64,000 bases of DNA. It comes from Mytilus trossulus. Lineage: Eukaryota. A program made the translations under genes and the position numbers. The notes under the pieces were generated by a model, which was given only the letters and a program-made list of their open reading frames with translations, was not told the origin of the DNA and searched no databases. This document shows, one piece after another, positions 26,568 to 40,185 of the stretch. The stretch spans positions 50,096,001-50,160,000 of the forward strand of contig NC_086384.1 of NCBI RefSeq assembly GCF_036588685.1, read 5' to 3'. Position 1 is the stretch's first letter. Each line of letters begins with the position of its first letter.

Positions 26568-27005
26568 GTGAAGACTTTAACTATCCATGATTTAAAAACT
26601 ATTCGACAATTATTTTTCTTAGGGGTTGGTGTTACCCATATGACACATAAGTATGATTATGTTGATATATTGATCCATTCTTTTCTTTTTATACTAATAC
26701 TAAGCCCACTAATTTCGATTTCCAAACATATATTAATTAAAAAAGTATGAATTCAAAAATTATTTAATATCATAATTTAATCATCTATCATTACATGCAT
26801 TAATAAATGATAAATATAAAAAAGAAGATGTGGTATAATTGTCAATGGGACAACTATCCACAAAAGACCAAAATGACACAAACATTAACAACTATAGGTC
26901 ATCGTACGGCCATCAACAATGAGCAAATCCAATACCACAAAGTAAGCTATAAAAGGCCCCGATAAGACAATGTAAAACAATTCAAACGAGAAAACTAAGT
27001 TGGCT

Positions 27006-27624
27006 TCACTTACGTTTCATGGCTAGATCCAAACATTTCCAGAAAAAAATAATTTCATTTAATGTTTTTGTTTTACGACTGTGGTCATTGGCGTCCAGTG
27101 ATACCATTTGCATTACACATTGCGGTATTTTTTATTTTGTAGTACTTTCCAAGCTTATAACAATTAGTTTTGCTTGCAACTTAATAAAATGCTCAATTCC
27201 AACAGTAGCTTCATAGCTCGCCCATTCATTGTTCACAAACTCATTTGAATTAATCAAGATCATCTATTTACATTTTGAAATGGAATTACTTATGGCAAGT
27301 CTATTTTGACCAGGCCGTACATCCCCATCTCCTCTGTCAGACATAAAAAGTTTATAATTGCGTCTCTCTTCAAGAAATGAACGCAACGGTCCATACACCC
27401 ATTTATAGTCTATATATATATATGCATCATATTCAAGTGTTTCTACTTTTGACTTCTGGAAAAGTGGATTGACCATTCCGATAAATAAGCAAAAGTATTG
27501 TAGATGCAATTTGTAGCGATATCCAAGTAGGATAAATAATAAAAGTACACCGAATAGTCGTAGAAAAAAATACCCATACTGTCGGAATACATCTTATTCT
27601 TATAATTTGCAACTGATTGTAGAC
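27006..27624 (-). pseudogene. TLR remnant TLR-D (end of LRRCT, TM, TIR; stops and indels)
   Basis: ORF piece 27264-27509 plus flanks that translate to TM and TIR box3; closest to TLR-B. Confidence 0.92.
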
Positions 27625-27711
27625 TTTTAAGAATTCTTAAATTCGTGGTTTACTGTGACCCAAGAAAACCACGAAAATTGGTATACCACGAATACAATTT
27701 TTTTTTCACAG

Positions 27712-27864
27712 TTACTATCTTGTATTTTTGATTTTTGTGGTAATCCGTGGGGTTTTAATGTCGCAAATATCCATTTACCTGTCTCCGCGTCGCCAGGTAA
27801 ACTCAATTTGCGACAGTAAAACCCCCAGTTTATCCCCGAAAATTCTCAAATACTATACGGTTAT
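27712..27864. repeat. Short palindromic MITE-like element
   Basis: ggggttttaatgtcgcaaat..tttacctg / caggtaaa..atttgcgacagtaaaacccc arms. Confidence 0.7.
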
Positions 27865-28146
27865 CTCCTAGTTTAGACTTTCTTACACCGATCAGGACAT
27901 GTGAAAAAAGCACCTAGTAATAACTAATCTCCTAATTTAGACTTCTGTGCTGACATTTACTATCATTGATATGGTTATATTTATAAATTTACTGTTTACA
28001 ACCCTTTTGAAATTGTTGAAATACTTAGGCTTTTCTACCGCAGGAATAGATTACATTAGCTGTATTTGACAAAAACTTTAAGCAATTTTTGTCATCAATG
28101 CTCATCTTTGTACTTTATTTGAACTTTTAAATTTTGTTGAATTTGA

Positions 28147-28190
28147 GCGTCACTGAAGAGTCTTTTGTAGACGAAACGCCCGTTCGGTGT
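28147..28190 (+). ncRNA. Type I hammerhead motif variant
   Basis: gcguca CUGAAGA gucu uuugu agac GAAAC gccc GUU cggugu; the first stem I pair is mismatched. Confidence 0.6.
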
Positions 28191-28211
28191 AAATACTAAA
28201 TTAAATCATGC

Positions 28212-30922
28212 AATCTAAGAAGATTTTTTATCAAGAATTTGCAAGGACGTCCATTTACCGACATTTATTAACGCTTTCCTTAAACATTGCAGAGATACAG
28301 CAGTCACGGATGTTAATATATATGAGTACAAAAGAGGCAGGTATTCAAGTACCTGTCTAATATTTTACAGAATGGACTGCTTTCGGCTTATATCCTTTAC
28401 ATAATTAAAATTTAACTGTTTAGAGCTGAAAATATCGTAATACACATTTGCTGAGAACATATATTTTAGTATTGATACGACACCGACCAAGACATGTGAA
28501 AAAAGCACCCAGTAATAACTAAAAAATTAACCCATGTCTAAGAATTAGCTTATTTCTTTTCATCCTACAGCAGCTAGTACCTTTTAGACTGCTAATAGCG
28601 AATTGTATTTCAGTTTAATAAATGATTGAACAAAAGTTTGTATGTATCTCGTAGCTTGTGTCCCCAGAACAATGCACTATCATTATATATATATCTATAT
28701 CGTATAAAAAAAGTAATGGCTATTTTCAAATATTGCTTTAGATATTCCAAATGATATTTGGTGGTAGTGTTATGTATGTTATCCTGAATCTAATAAGAAA
28801 TCTATGAAGATTTTTTATCAAGAATTTGCAAGGACGTCCATTTACCGACATTTATTAACGCTTTCCTTAAACATTGCAGAGATACAGCAGTCACGGATGT
28901 TAATATATATGAGTACAAAAGAGGCAGGTATTCCAGTACCTGTCTAATATTTTACAGAATGGACTGCTTTCGGCTTATATCCTTTACATAATTAAAATTT
29001 AACTGTTTAGAGCTGAAAATATCGTAATACACATTTGCTGAGAACATATATTTTAGTGTTGATACGACACCGACCAAGACATGTGAAAAAAGCACCCAGT
29101 AATAACTAAAAAAATAACCCATGTCTAAGAATTAGCTTATGTCTTTTCATCCTACAGCAGCTAGTACATTTTAGAATGCTAATAGCGAATTGTATTTCAG
29201 TTTAATAAATGATTGAACAAAAGTTGTATGTATCTCGTAGCTTGTGTCCCCAGAACAATGCACTATCATTATATATATATCTAAATCGTATAAAAACAGT
29301 AATGGCTATTTTCAAATATTGCTTTAGATATTCCAAATGATATTTGGTGGTAGTGTTATGTATGTTATCCTGAATCTAATAAGAAATCTATGAAGATTTT
29401 TTATCAAGAATATGCAAGGACGTCCATTTACCGACATTTATTAACGCTTTCCTTAAACATTGCAGAGATACAGCAGTCACGGATGTTAATATATATGAGT
29501 ACAAAAGAGGCAGGTATTCCAGTACCTGTCTAATATTTTACAGAATGGACTGCTTTCGGCTTATATCCTTTACATAATTAAAATTTAACTGTTTAGAGCT
29601 GAAAATATCGTAATACACATTTGCTGAGAACATATATTTTAGTATTGATACGACACCGACCAAGACATGTGAAAAAAGCACCCAGTAATAACTAAAAAAA
29701 TAACCCATGTCTAAGAATTAGCTTATGTCTTTTCATCCTACAGCAGCTAGTACATTTTAGAATGCTAATAGCGAATTGTATTTCAGTTTAATAAATGATT
29801 GAACAAAAGTTGTATGTATCTCGTAGCTTGTGTCCCCAGAACAATGCACTATCATTATATATATATCTAAATCGTATAAAAACAGTAATGGCTATTTTCA
29901 AATATTGCTTTAGATATTCCAAATGATATTTGGTGGTAGTGTTATGTATGTTATCCTGAATCTAATAAGAAATCTATGAAGATTTTTTATCAAGAATATG
30001 CAAGGACGTCCATTTACCGACATTTATTAACGCTTTCCTTAAACATTGCAGAGATACAGCAGTCACGGATGTTAATATATATGAGTACAAAAGAGGCAGG
30101 TATTCCAGTACCTGTCTAATATTTTACAGAATGGACTGCTTTCGGCTTATATCCTTTACATAATTAAAATTTAACTGTTTAGAGCTGAAAATATCGTAAT
30201 ACACATTTGCTGAGAACATATATTTTAGTGTTGATACGACACCGACCAAGACATGTGAAAAAAGCACCCAGTAATAACTAAAAAAATAACCCATGTCTAA
30301 GAATTAGCTTATGTCTTTTCATCCTACAGCAGCTAGTACATTTTAGAATGCTAATAGCGAATTGTATTTCAGTTTAATAAATGATTGAACAAAAGTTGTA
30401 TGTATCTCGTAGCTTGTGTCCCCAGAACAATGCACTATCATTATATATATATCTAAATCGTATAAAAACAGTAATGGCTATTTTCAAATATTGCTTTAGA
30501 TATTCCAAATGATATTTGGTGGTAGTGTTATGTATGTTATCCTGAATCTAATAAGAAATCTATGAAGATTTTTTATCAAGAATATGCAAGGACGTCCATT
30601 TACCGACATTTATTAACGCTTTCCTTAAACATTGCAGAGATACAGCAGTCACGGATGTTAATATATATGAGTACAAAAGAGGCAGGTATGCCAGTACCTG
30701 TCTAATATTTTACAGAATGGACTGCTTTCGGCTTATATCCTTTACATAATTAAAATTTAACTGTTAAGAGCTGAAAATATCGTAATACACATTTGCTGAG
30801 AACATATATTTTAGTATTGATACGACACCGACCAAGACATGTGAAAAAAGCACCCAGTAATAACTATAAAATTAACCTATGTCTAAAAATTAGCTTATTT
30901 CTTTTCTTCCTACAGCAGCTAG
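28212..30922. repeat. 586-bp tandem repeat, ~4.6 near-identical copies
   Basis: The ggacgtcc landmark recurs at 28245, 28832, 29418, 30004 and 30590. Confidence 0.97.
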
Positions 30923-32119
30923 TACATTTTAGATTGCGATTTATAGTGTTAACCATAAGCGATCTACGCATCTCAATATGAATTTCGTATGCTCCATCTC
31001 TCATCTCTTTTATCACCAACATAGTTCTAATAACTTTAAGTTTAACTTACAGGTACAAAAATGCACAACTATTAGTTCAACAGAATGCACAAATATTAGT
31101 TCAACAGAATGCACAAATATTCAATTCAATAATAACAGTCTCTTTGCAGCAAGTTTGCGCAATGCATTTTGAAAATTTCAACAGACCGATGCAATTCTTT
31201 CCGCATGGATTTTCTTGTCGCTAAATAATTTTATAGCAATTTCCAATAAAGTGAGGGCCTCCAATGCATTCCAATATGGTATTTAATACTTTTCTTCTGT
31301 ACCAAGTTGTAGACCATCAATGATATCCTGACACTGCCTTAAATTGTTGAGGTGAAAATAAGCATATGCTGTGGGAGGAAATGGACATGTAAAATTCGAA
31401 CCCTCTATTAAAATTTTATCTGGTGTTTATGTTGAATCTCCGGTAAATCGTATACAATCACACGCATTATTTTCAACAGGTTAACAACACTCTTCTTGTG
31501 TAATGATAGAAGCTTAATTGATTGGTGATGGAGATCTGAAAAGGTCATCTCGCTGTACAGTTTTCCGGAAGTACGTATCAATAAAGAGTACCGTATATTG
31601 TGTAAAGCTTAACTGTACTGTTTTCTCTTGTAAAACAAAGGAATATCAATAGGCATCAAGATACAGCGTCATGATAGAAATTTGTTAGCAGATACCTTAG
31701 ACATGGTTTGTACTATTTGTATTGGTATGTCGACAATTATACCATCAAGTGGTACACGTTCAGCTTGATTTTTGCACCACTGTGAAATGCAATATGCATT
31801 TAAAGATTGTTGACACATATATCAGATTCAACATAAAGTTCTTAATTATCTGCATAAAACAACATTTTGGTTTGTTCTAATTTCTGAACATCATTTACAT
31901 ATGAGGTAAACGGTTCGATTGGGAAATTCCACATCAACACATCAGAGTAAGATATTTGATCTGAAAATAAGATGCATCGCCAATACAACCATAGCTATGT
32001 AACGTATATAATTCATCTAAATGTACGTCACGAGCGCATCCCTCTATTTTGTTCTAAAACATGTTCTTCTCTGGGATGTTGAAATGGAAACAAACTGAAT
32101 GCTCGACAAAATGTACTAA

Positions 32120-33621
32120 AAGAGGGACAAAAGATACCAAAGGGACAGTCAAACTCATAAATCTTAAATAAACTGACAACGTCAAGGCTAAAAATGAAAA
32201 AGACAAACAAACAAACAATAGCTTACATGACAAATCTAAGGCCGTGTTCACATTGACCTAAACTCGGTGTTGTGTTAATGTAACTCACACATAAACTAAA
32301 CATAATTACGTTCCCATTGATAAAACTCAATGTTTACATGTAGTTTAAATCATGTTTTGTCTACATGCAGTCGATAGTCGATGTAGGCCTTGTGTAGGTT
32401 CAGTGTACACAAAACTAGACATTCCAAATTGTTATTTTTCCATTTATATGTAAAAAAGAAACGATTTTTATATAAAATTGATACTTATAACACTTATTAA
32501 TAAAGTTCTTTACAGAAATGTTTGTCTGAACTTGATATATTTATTTGTTATAAAAACACTTTACGTATCCTTATAAACCCCTTATCAAGACCCATCCATC
32601 ATCATTGCCGAACACATATTCCATTAGAAAAGGTCTTCCCGAATCGACTGGACGTACAAAATGTCAGAAATATTTGGCAATGGTCTTAACTCAAACAACG
32701 ATTCACTCATAAATACATTACTAAAAAAGGGTGAGATTGATTGTTTGTTTGTGTAGAATCTCAGATCCGTTAAAATACAATAAAAAGTAAATAAAATATC
32801 ACCCTCTCCTTTTGCTAAAAAAAACCCAAACAAACTTGTAGAAACAATACCATTTGAAACAAACAGAAAAGATAGAAATGTACTGATCCTTAAAATCGCA
32901 ATTCTTTTTCTTTGTCTATAAGCACGGTGATGCAGTCTGTATTTTCAATGCGTAGTCGAGACATCTTTAAACTACTGCAAATCATCCAAAATGATTTTCT
33001 TAAAGGAGCAACTACTTTATTTTTTAAAAAAGGGAGGGGGTCTGAGTCCGAAGTTTTTTTCTCTCGCGAAAGTTAATATTCATTTTTTTTCGATGGCACC
33101 AATTCAATATTTAATAGCATAATATATGGGGGAAACTTTGGATTCAGACTATTTTTTTCATTCTTATCATCTGTATAATCCGATTTTTTAATCAAATTTT
33201 GGAAAAAATCCATCCCCCCATTTTTTTTAAACTCAAATGGTCGTTCCCTTACTGCTAGAAAAGTTGTTCGAAAATTTGAGTTCGGTTCTACGTAATGAAC
33301 ATTTAAATGACATAAAGTTTACAAGTGTTAACTAATCTTATGTACAGGTAACAAAACAAGGTGTATAGATATGGACAAATCTTATGTGAAACTAGTGCAG
33401 ATTACATTAAACCAAATGTAAACATGTTTAATGTACACGGCGTTTGGTGTGAACACGGCCAAAGGCCAAAGAAAACTAGAGAATAAACAACACGAACTCC
33501 ACCAAAAAACTAGGGATGATCTCAGGTGCTTCGGACGGGTAAGCAGACCCTGCTCCACATATGGCACCCGTCGTGTTGTTTATGTGATAACAAATCCGGA
33601 AGGTAGTCTAATTCGGATTTA
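32120..33621 (-). mobile_element. Penelope-like 3' fragment inserted in the cGLR pseudogene (possible TAA duplication)
   Basis: 32120-32236 and 33470-33621 match 15202-15470; the empty site in the intact gene is gacTAAcctgctga. Confidence 0.8.
32240..33460. mobile_element. Non-autonomous DNA transposon (PIF/Harbinger-like) with 13-bp TIRs, nested in the Penelope-like fragment
   Basis: GGCCGTGTTCACA (32240-32252) ... TGTGAACACGGCC (33448-33460); flanks TAA/AAA. Confidence 0.7.
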
Positions 33622-35736
33622 TAACCTGCTGAAACATCGCATAAAACAAGGCATAAGATTATTAGGCATCCATACAGCTAGTGGTAGTTCTTCAGATATC
33701 CAGAAAATAAATGTTTTCAGGACAAAAGATCAAAACATTTAAAAAAAATATTCTATAACATCCTTTAAAATAATTTTTAAGAGAGAAAAACAGAGTAATT
33801 GAGTGTGAGTAAATGTGTTTATTAGAAATTTCTCAGCTACTGAAACAGATATTCGCCATTCTTTACCTTGTTTAGGCGGTACGTTAACTCCATTCCAGGG
33901 TTTAAGCTAGGATTTTGAGGGCTTTAGTCACTTTTGCGCGATATGAAAATCAACTTTTGTTTTTTCTGTAACAGCAAGGGATCAAGGGTATAGTTTACTA
34001 GCCTTATCTTTGACTTTGTCAGATTTAAAAGGACTAAGGCATGATTGGCAGTCAGTATTGTATGATTTGACTGTATTGGCCAAGTGGCGGATCCAGAAAT
34101 TTATTCACTATTCACCATTTAAGGTGCGAATCATATTTTTGGATTAAATTTCATAGAGATTGATCCAATATCCACCCATTTAGGTGCGAATCATATCCCT
34201 GGCCTTCCATTGATACTGTGCTATGTACGCAATGTTTCGGGTTATTTTGGAAATGTTTTTATTCCAGGGAAACCTTCATCAGAGACCACCCCTTTTGTTT
34301 TTGTTTTGTTTTGATTTGTTTAGTTTTAATTTTTAATTATTTCTTTTTTATTACTATTTTACTTGAGTTTAGTTTTTTTTTAAATTTTATTTTAAATATT
34401 TCAAACAGTTTCTGAACTGTTTTTTTTTTAATAATTTCACTATATTTTTTTTATTTTTCTTAAATTTTTTAACCAATGTTAAATTAATTAATTACTCGTT
34501 TCAGAGTACGACTTTGTCCCCAGAAGAATATCAGTTCACATGTGTTGTTTACATGATGGTCATTATTTAGTTCCGCACAGTTAAATGTTTAGTAGGAACT
34601 GTGAGGTTTAGATAAATTATTGTATAGCTCGTTTAACTAATTCACCAGTGTTTCTGTTTCTTTTGAAACCTATTGATGGGTGGATATTGGATCAATTTCT
34701 ATGAAATTATGTCTAGATCCCCCTACTCCGCCTCTGTGACCCTTTTATGAAATATTCTGACATGCGATGTGGAAACGTAGTTCACAATTTCTCTTCAGTT
34801 TGTTACAGAGGACATTCCTGATCAACAAAAGTTGGATTCAAGGAATAACAGCAGAAATTAACTTGCAATGAGTACATCACTGCGTAATCCGTATTCTTAT
34901 AAAACGTTTAAATCGATATTTGGAAATCATTTCTAATAAGTTGGAACTGTATACAATCCTTTTTGGATAGAGTATAACAACTGATAGGAGGTTGTAATCA
35001 AATCAAGAAAAGTTCACATTTACTATTTTCGGTTTTAAAAGAAACGAAAACGGAGAGTGACAAGTGATTGATAAATTCAAAACTAGTCCGGATTTATCAG
35101 GAAATTAACATTGTTCGGTTTAATTTCTTTAAGTTAGAGATATATATTTGTATCTCTCGTTTAATTGATTCTAAACGATTTCGTATTTTACAATTTTAAT
35201 GAGAGTCTATAAATAGTAATAAATACTTCCACGCATGCGTAGCACTCAGTACATGAAGTACTTGTTTAAATCGTGAAGACTTCCCTAAAGACGTTTGAAT
35301 AAATTTTCTATTTTAAATGAAAATTGTCGAAAGTTTTTGATGGCAATTTATATCAATTATGACGCAAATGCATTCGAATGAAGAGTCTACGACAAACGAA
35401 CTTCAAATTGTAATCGTTTGAGAAATATTGAAATTCAAATGCGAACTGTCCGGAGTAACAATTTCGATCAAATGACGAAAACTATAGTATACTCCTGGTT
35501 GTTGAAATTCCAACTGACTGATTTTCCTGGAATAATAATTAGGATGGTCAATTATGAGGTTTATTAATAATTAACGGATTAGTGACCCATCTGATGGCGA
35601 TAATCGGATTAGTTGTAATCACAACTTGTAACACGTGTTAAAAATGTTAAATAACTGTGGTCTAAAACATGAAGACAGGTAAATTTATTGTTTTTAATGC
35701 GAAATTATTTTACACTTTTAAAATGTTAGTGATGAA

Positions 35737-36316
35737 AGGAGTTTGTCCAGTAAGACCCCTTTTTGGCCCCAAAATATAGCAGTTTTACAAAATTGTTTAA
35801 AGGTAAACTGTTAGTTACTTATTGGACAGTAGAATGCTTCTGCTACATAAATATGAGCTGGTTTTGACAATAGAATCCACATATATCGGATACTAGCACC
35901 ATTAAGTCATGCTAAATTACTGAAATCTTCACAATCCCATCATTTTAGTTAAATTTTAGACGGTTTCCGTGTAAAACGAAAGTGGCCGCATTCGTGTTCA
36001 TCCTAAATATTGAAAAGCAAGTTGTATTTGATGATAATACATAACATATATTATAATGGTTTAATGATGAACACGGATGCGGCCACTTTCAATTTTGATA
36101 AAAACTATCTGAAAAAGTGACATTTTTCGGCGCATTTGTAAGATTTGTCATATTTGAATTCAGATTGTTTTTAAGCACTAAGTTAGTTACAATCTTTCAC
36201 ATAAATTAAATGAATCGAATAAAATAGACACTTAAGTTTTTCAAAAGTGGTCAACATCTTTCGTCCGATGAACCTGGAATTTGAGGCAAAAATCGGTTCT
36301 TACCGGACCTTCTCCT
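35737..36316. mobile_element. MITE with ~37-bp imperfect TIRs (Kolobok-like AGG..CCT ends) and an internal inverted repeat
   Basis: aggagtttgtccagtaagacccctttttggccccaaa / tttgaggcaaaaatcggttcttaccggaccttctcct; internal IR at 35979-36002 and 36066-36089. Confidence 0.7.
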
Positions 36317-36358
36317 TTACTTGAAATACTTTCCTCAATTCGAAAACCCTTTCGTAAA

Positions 36359-38319
36359 TTACGTGTTCATCTTCACAATAATTGCGGCAGAATTCTCCGA
36401 TTCATCCGGGTAGATTTTCAAAGACTGTAAGAAAGCTTGTCGTGCAGATTCCTTGTCGCCAAATAATTGTAAAGCAATTCCCAATAAAGTGTAGGCCTCC
36501 GCTGTACTCTTAAAATCTGCCATCAAATATCTTTCTCCTATAACAATTTTTAAATCTTGAATAGAATCCTGACAATGTCTAACATCATTGAGGTGATTAT
36601 GACAAAGAAAACTAAGGAAATAAGCATACGCTGTGGATGGAATATAATATATGTCATTGCATCCCTCTATTAAAAGTTCTTCTGGTGTTAACGTTGAATT
36701 CTCTGTTAATTGTATCAGATCTACGAACAGTATTTTCCGAAGACAAGCCACACTCGTCTTAAAGAATGACAGCAGTTTAAGTGACTGGTAATGGATATGT
36801 GACAGAGTCAATCCCAGAAACAGTTTATCGGAAGAACATTTTGATATAGAATACCTAATGATGTGTAAAGCTTTCCTGTATTGCTTTGTTTTGTAAAAAA
36901 ATGAAGCTACCATAAGCCATCCAGAAACAGCGTCATGATAGACATTTGTAAGAAGTGTACTCAAACAGGATTTGTACCGTTTGTATTGGTATTTATTATT
37001 GATAATTGCACCATAAAGTGGAAATCTTTGAGCTTGTTTACTGCATCGCTTTGATATGTAGTATGCATACAAGTGTTTTAATGAAAATTTATGACACCAT
37101 ATGCTGTGAAATAATCCGGGGTTGAATACATGTATATCTAACTCAGAATAAGTTTCGAAGATATCTATACCAACATGCAAAATTCTGGATTGCACTATTT
37201 TCTTAACGTCATTTACATATAATGTACATGGTTCAATTGGAATATTCCTTATCGATACAGTAAAGTTAGATATTTGATCTGAAAATAAAATGCATCGCCA
37301 ACCATAGCTGTGTAACGTGTTTAATTTTTTTAAAAGTACATCACGAGCACGACCGTCTATTTTGTTCTCGAACATGTTGTTTTCTGGAATGAAGTAATGT
37401 GAACAAACCGAATGCTCAACACAATAGACTAACCTGCTGAAACATCGCATAAAACAAGTTATAAGATTATCAGGTTTCCATACAGATGATGGTAGTTCTT
37501 CAGATATCCAGAACATAATTGTTTTAAGGAAATATGAACAGAGTAAATCTTTACATTCAGAATCATTTGATATAACATCTTTCAAAATTATTTTCAAGAG
37601 AGCATAGCACATTAATTGGGTGTGAGTAAATGTATTAATTAGAAGTTTTTCAGCTACTGAAAAAGATACTCGCCATTCTAGATCTTCTTTCGGTGATCCG
37701 TGAACTCCGACCGGTACAAAAAGTACTCCGTGTTTTATAATACTTTGTATGACGTTATGACTCGGCCATGAGCTACCTGATCTTGTTATCCAATTTACAG
37801 CAGAAGATATCCACATTTTACCATGTAAAGAAAAGGCATGATCAAAAAATCCATTTCTGTCAGATATACACGGTCCATGAATTTGGTTGCCTTCTTTCAA
37901 TACCAATAACATATTTCCCTTACATAATGCACTAGAAAAATAACGTTTACCATAATGTTCTTCACATAATTGAAAAAGACGAAACGAATCTCTGCTATAG
38001 TCTAGTCTTAATAAAGTATAACAAGGCTTTACATCGTCTGTATCCATGGACAAATAAGGTCTACGTATATCAAAGTCAGGTTGTACATTTTCAATAACCT
38101 CAACGAATTTGCTCACAAACATAATATCAAAATCACTTCCTCGCATGTCAAGTCCTTCTCCAATGCTTCCACTTGTTATTACTGTTTCCTTCTTGTTATT
38201 CGACAAATTGTCTCTCACCATGTTCATTAATCTGATTGTTTTAACATGCTTTTCCGTTCCTACGATATTTTGACATAAATGGCGGTAAAGAGCTTGTGAT
38301 ATGTTTGGTATTATAATAT
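36359..38319 (-). CDS. cGAS-like receptor (cGLR; Mab-21 nucleotidyltransferase with C-terminal TPR-like helices), main coding exon
   Basis: NTase signature SGSIGEG...SDFDIM, candidate third acidic residue FFDHAF, EWRVSFSVAEK and LCSYFLKT Mab-21 motifs, HYFIPENNMF, TPR-like AYTLLGIALQLFGDKESARQAFLQSL. The frame stays open 92 nt upstream of the ORF-track Met to a phase-1 acceptor (tttctaattacAG, 38320-38321). Confidence 0.92.
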
Positions 38320-38892
38320 CTGTAATTAGAAAATTAAAACAAACATGGTAAGAACATAATTTTGTTCAAGGTATATATCATAAAAAACTGTACATTTATG
38401 ATGCCTTCACTAGTTTTATTGACAGTTAAGTTCTCCAAAGTATAAACAATTATTTGTTTTGAACGTTAAACTTAAATCAAACGAGATATTAATATGCAGA
38501 TGATGTATTATACACTTATTAGTAAAGTAAAGTTCAAAATAATTGAAATTGATCAGGGAAAAACTCTTAAATACATAAGAGGACTAATACATTGATATGA
38601 ATTAATTAGAGACATGAATAAAACGGAATGTTTGAAAATTTATTTATTCTTTCGTACAGTAAAAAACGTTTTTGATTCATACTTTTCTCTTATATTGATT
38701 TTACCATTCTTTTTTTCAAAACTCCTATAAAAGTATTTATGACCCTTTTATTTTTCATACTTAAAGTCGTGCAAAATTGACCTACTTTGATTGAATTTTT
38801 TATAATATTTTGTTTTAAAGTAATCTCTCCCTGAATTGCTAAGTTGGAAAGATTGTTTTCTACAAAACCAAATATCTGTTTTTTTTTCAAAT

Positions 38893-40185
38893 ATACTAGT
38901 ACTATAAAAGAAACGATACACGATTTTTTGTTCAAATCAAAGATACATTTTTCCTTTTATAGGACCAATATTGAAGGTAGACATATTTAATGACCATGGT
39001 AATACAAATATGTTTAAAGCAATTTTGTTTTGCTTTCATGACGTCACTTGGCGAAATTTAAACTTTTTGACAAAATTTTCATAAAACCACAATTTTAAAA
39101 ACAGAAGTTCCAACTAATGATGACATTCTCATATTTAGAGGTAAAGACAACGTGTGCCATCTATTCTTTTTTCAAATAATACAGTTTCTTCGTTTATTTG
39201 TTTAGAAATCGTAAAAATGCATACATTATCAAATGATTTACCATAGACAGTATGTGTTAAGTGAAATTCAAAAAACGGTTTCAATCTTTAAACTAATCAG
39301 AATGGTTCCAAATTTATAGTGTGTTGTTTTCATATCTAAAGCGTTGATTTGAGACGAATTGTTTTTGGCATTTTTTGAGATTTCAAAAAAACTCTTTTTT
39401 TACCAAAAATTAAAAAAAAACATTATTTTAACCGATTTGTTACAACATGAACATGACTTGAATAGCATATTGAATATTTTTAAACAAATTAGAAAATTCA
39501 TTTAGTACTTAGAACATTGTTTGTCGATTTTTTATCCAACTTTCTGCAAAAATAATTTGCACCCTATGTTCATTTACACGGAATTTAGTTACTTTCCGAC
39601 AGGTTACAAGTTTCATTATCGTATGTGCATAAATAAAGGCAACAGTAGTATACCGATGTTCAAAACTCATAAATCGATAGAAAAAAAAACAAATCTGGGT
39701 CATAAACCAAAACCGAGGGAAACGCATTAAATACAAGAAAATGACGACACAACATTAAAATGTAACACACACAGAAACGAACTAAGCATTAGACAAAATC
39801 CGATGCAAATAACAAATATAAAATCAAAACTAAATACATGAATTTGGGATAAAAAAATTACCGTGACACGTTTTATAATAATGTGAATTCACACTCGAAT
39901 ACAAGAGGAAACAAACGACACAAAAGAAACACAACGTTAAAATGTTACACACACAGAAACGAACTATAATATAACAAAGACCATATTCCTGACTTGGTAC
40001 AGGACATTTTTTAAAGAAAAAATGGTGGGTTGAACGTGATTTTTTGGCATGCCAAGCCTTGCAAATGAAAATACATTGCAAATGAAAGCTTTTTAAAATG
40101 GTGTGTCTCAATTTGTTTCATATTTTATACTTTTTGATAAATTTATTCCAAAGTCGTGTATCGTTTCTTTGTTAGTTAGTATACT
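38893..40185. mobile_element. TIR element in the cGLR intron, with a nested interspersed repeat (~39630-40060)
   Basis: aaagaaacgatacacga / tcgtgtatcgtttcttt inverted ends; the nested repeat recurs at ~59085-59320 and, inverted, at ~42150-42275. Confidence 0.6.

Larger units (their letters stand above)
31121..33892 (-). pseudogene. cGAS-like receptor (Mab-21/TPR) pseudogene, 5'-truncated and split by a nested insertion
   Basis: 31121-32119 and 33622-33892 are collinear with 36359-37710 (EWRISVSVAEKFLINTFTHTQLLCFSLLKIILKDVI); many frameshifts; the catalytic N-lobe is missing. Confidence 0.9.
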
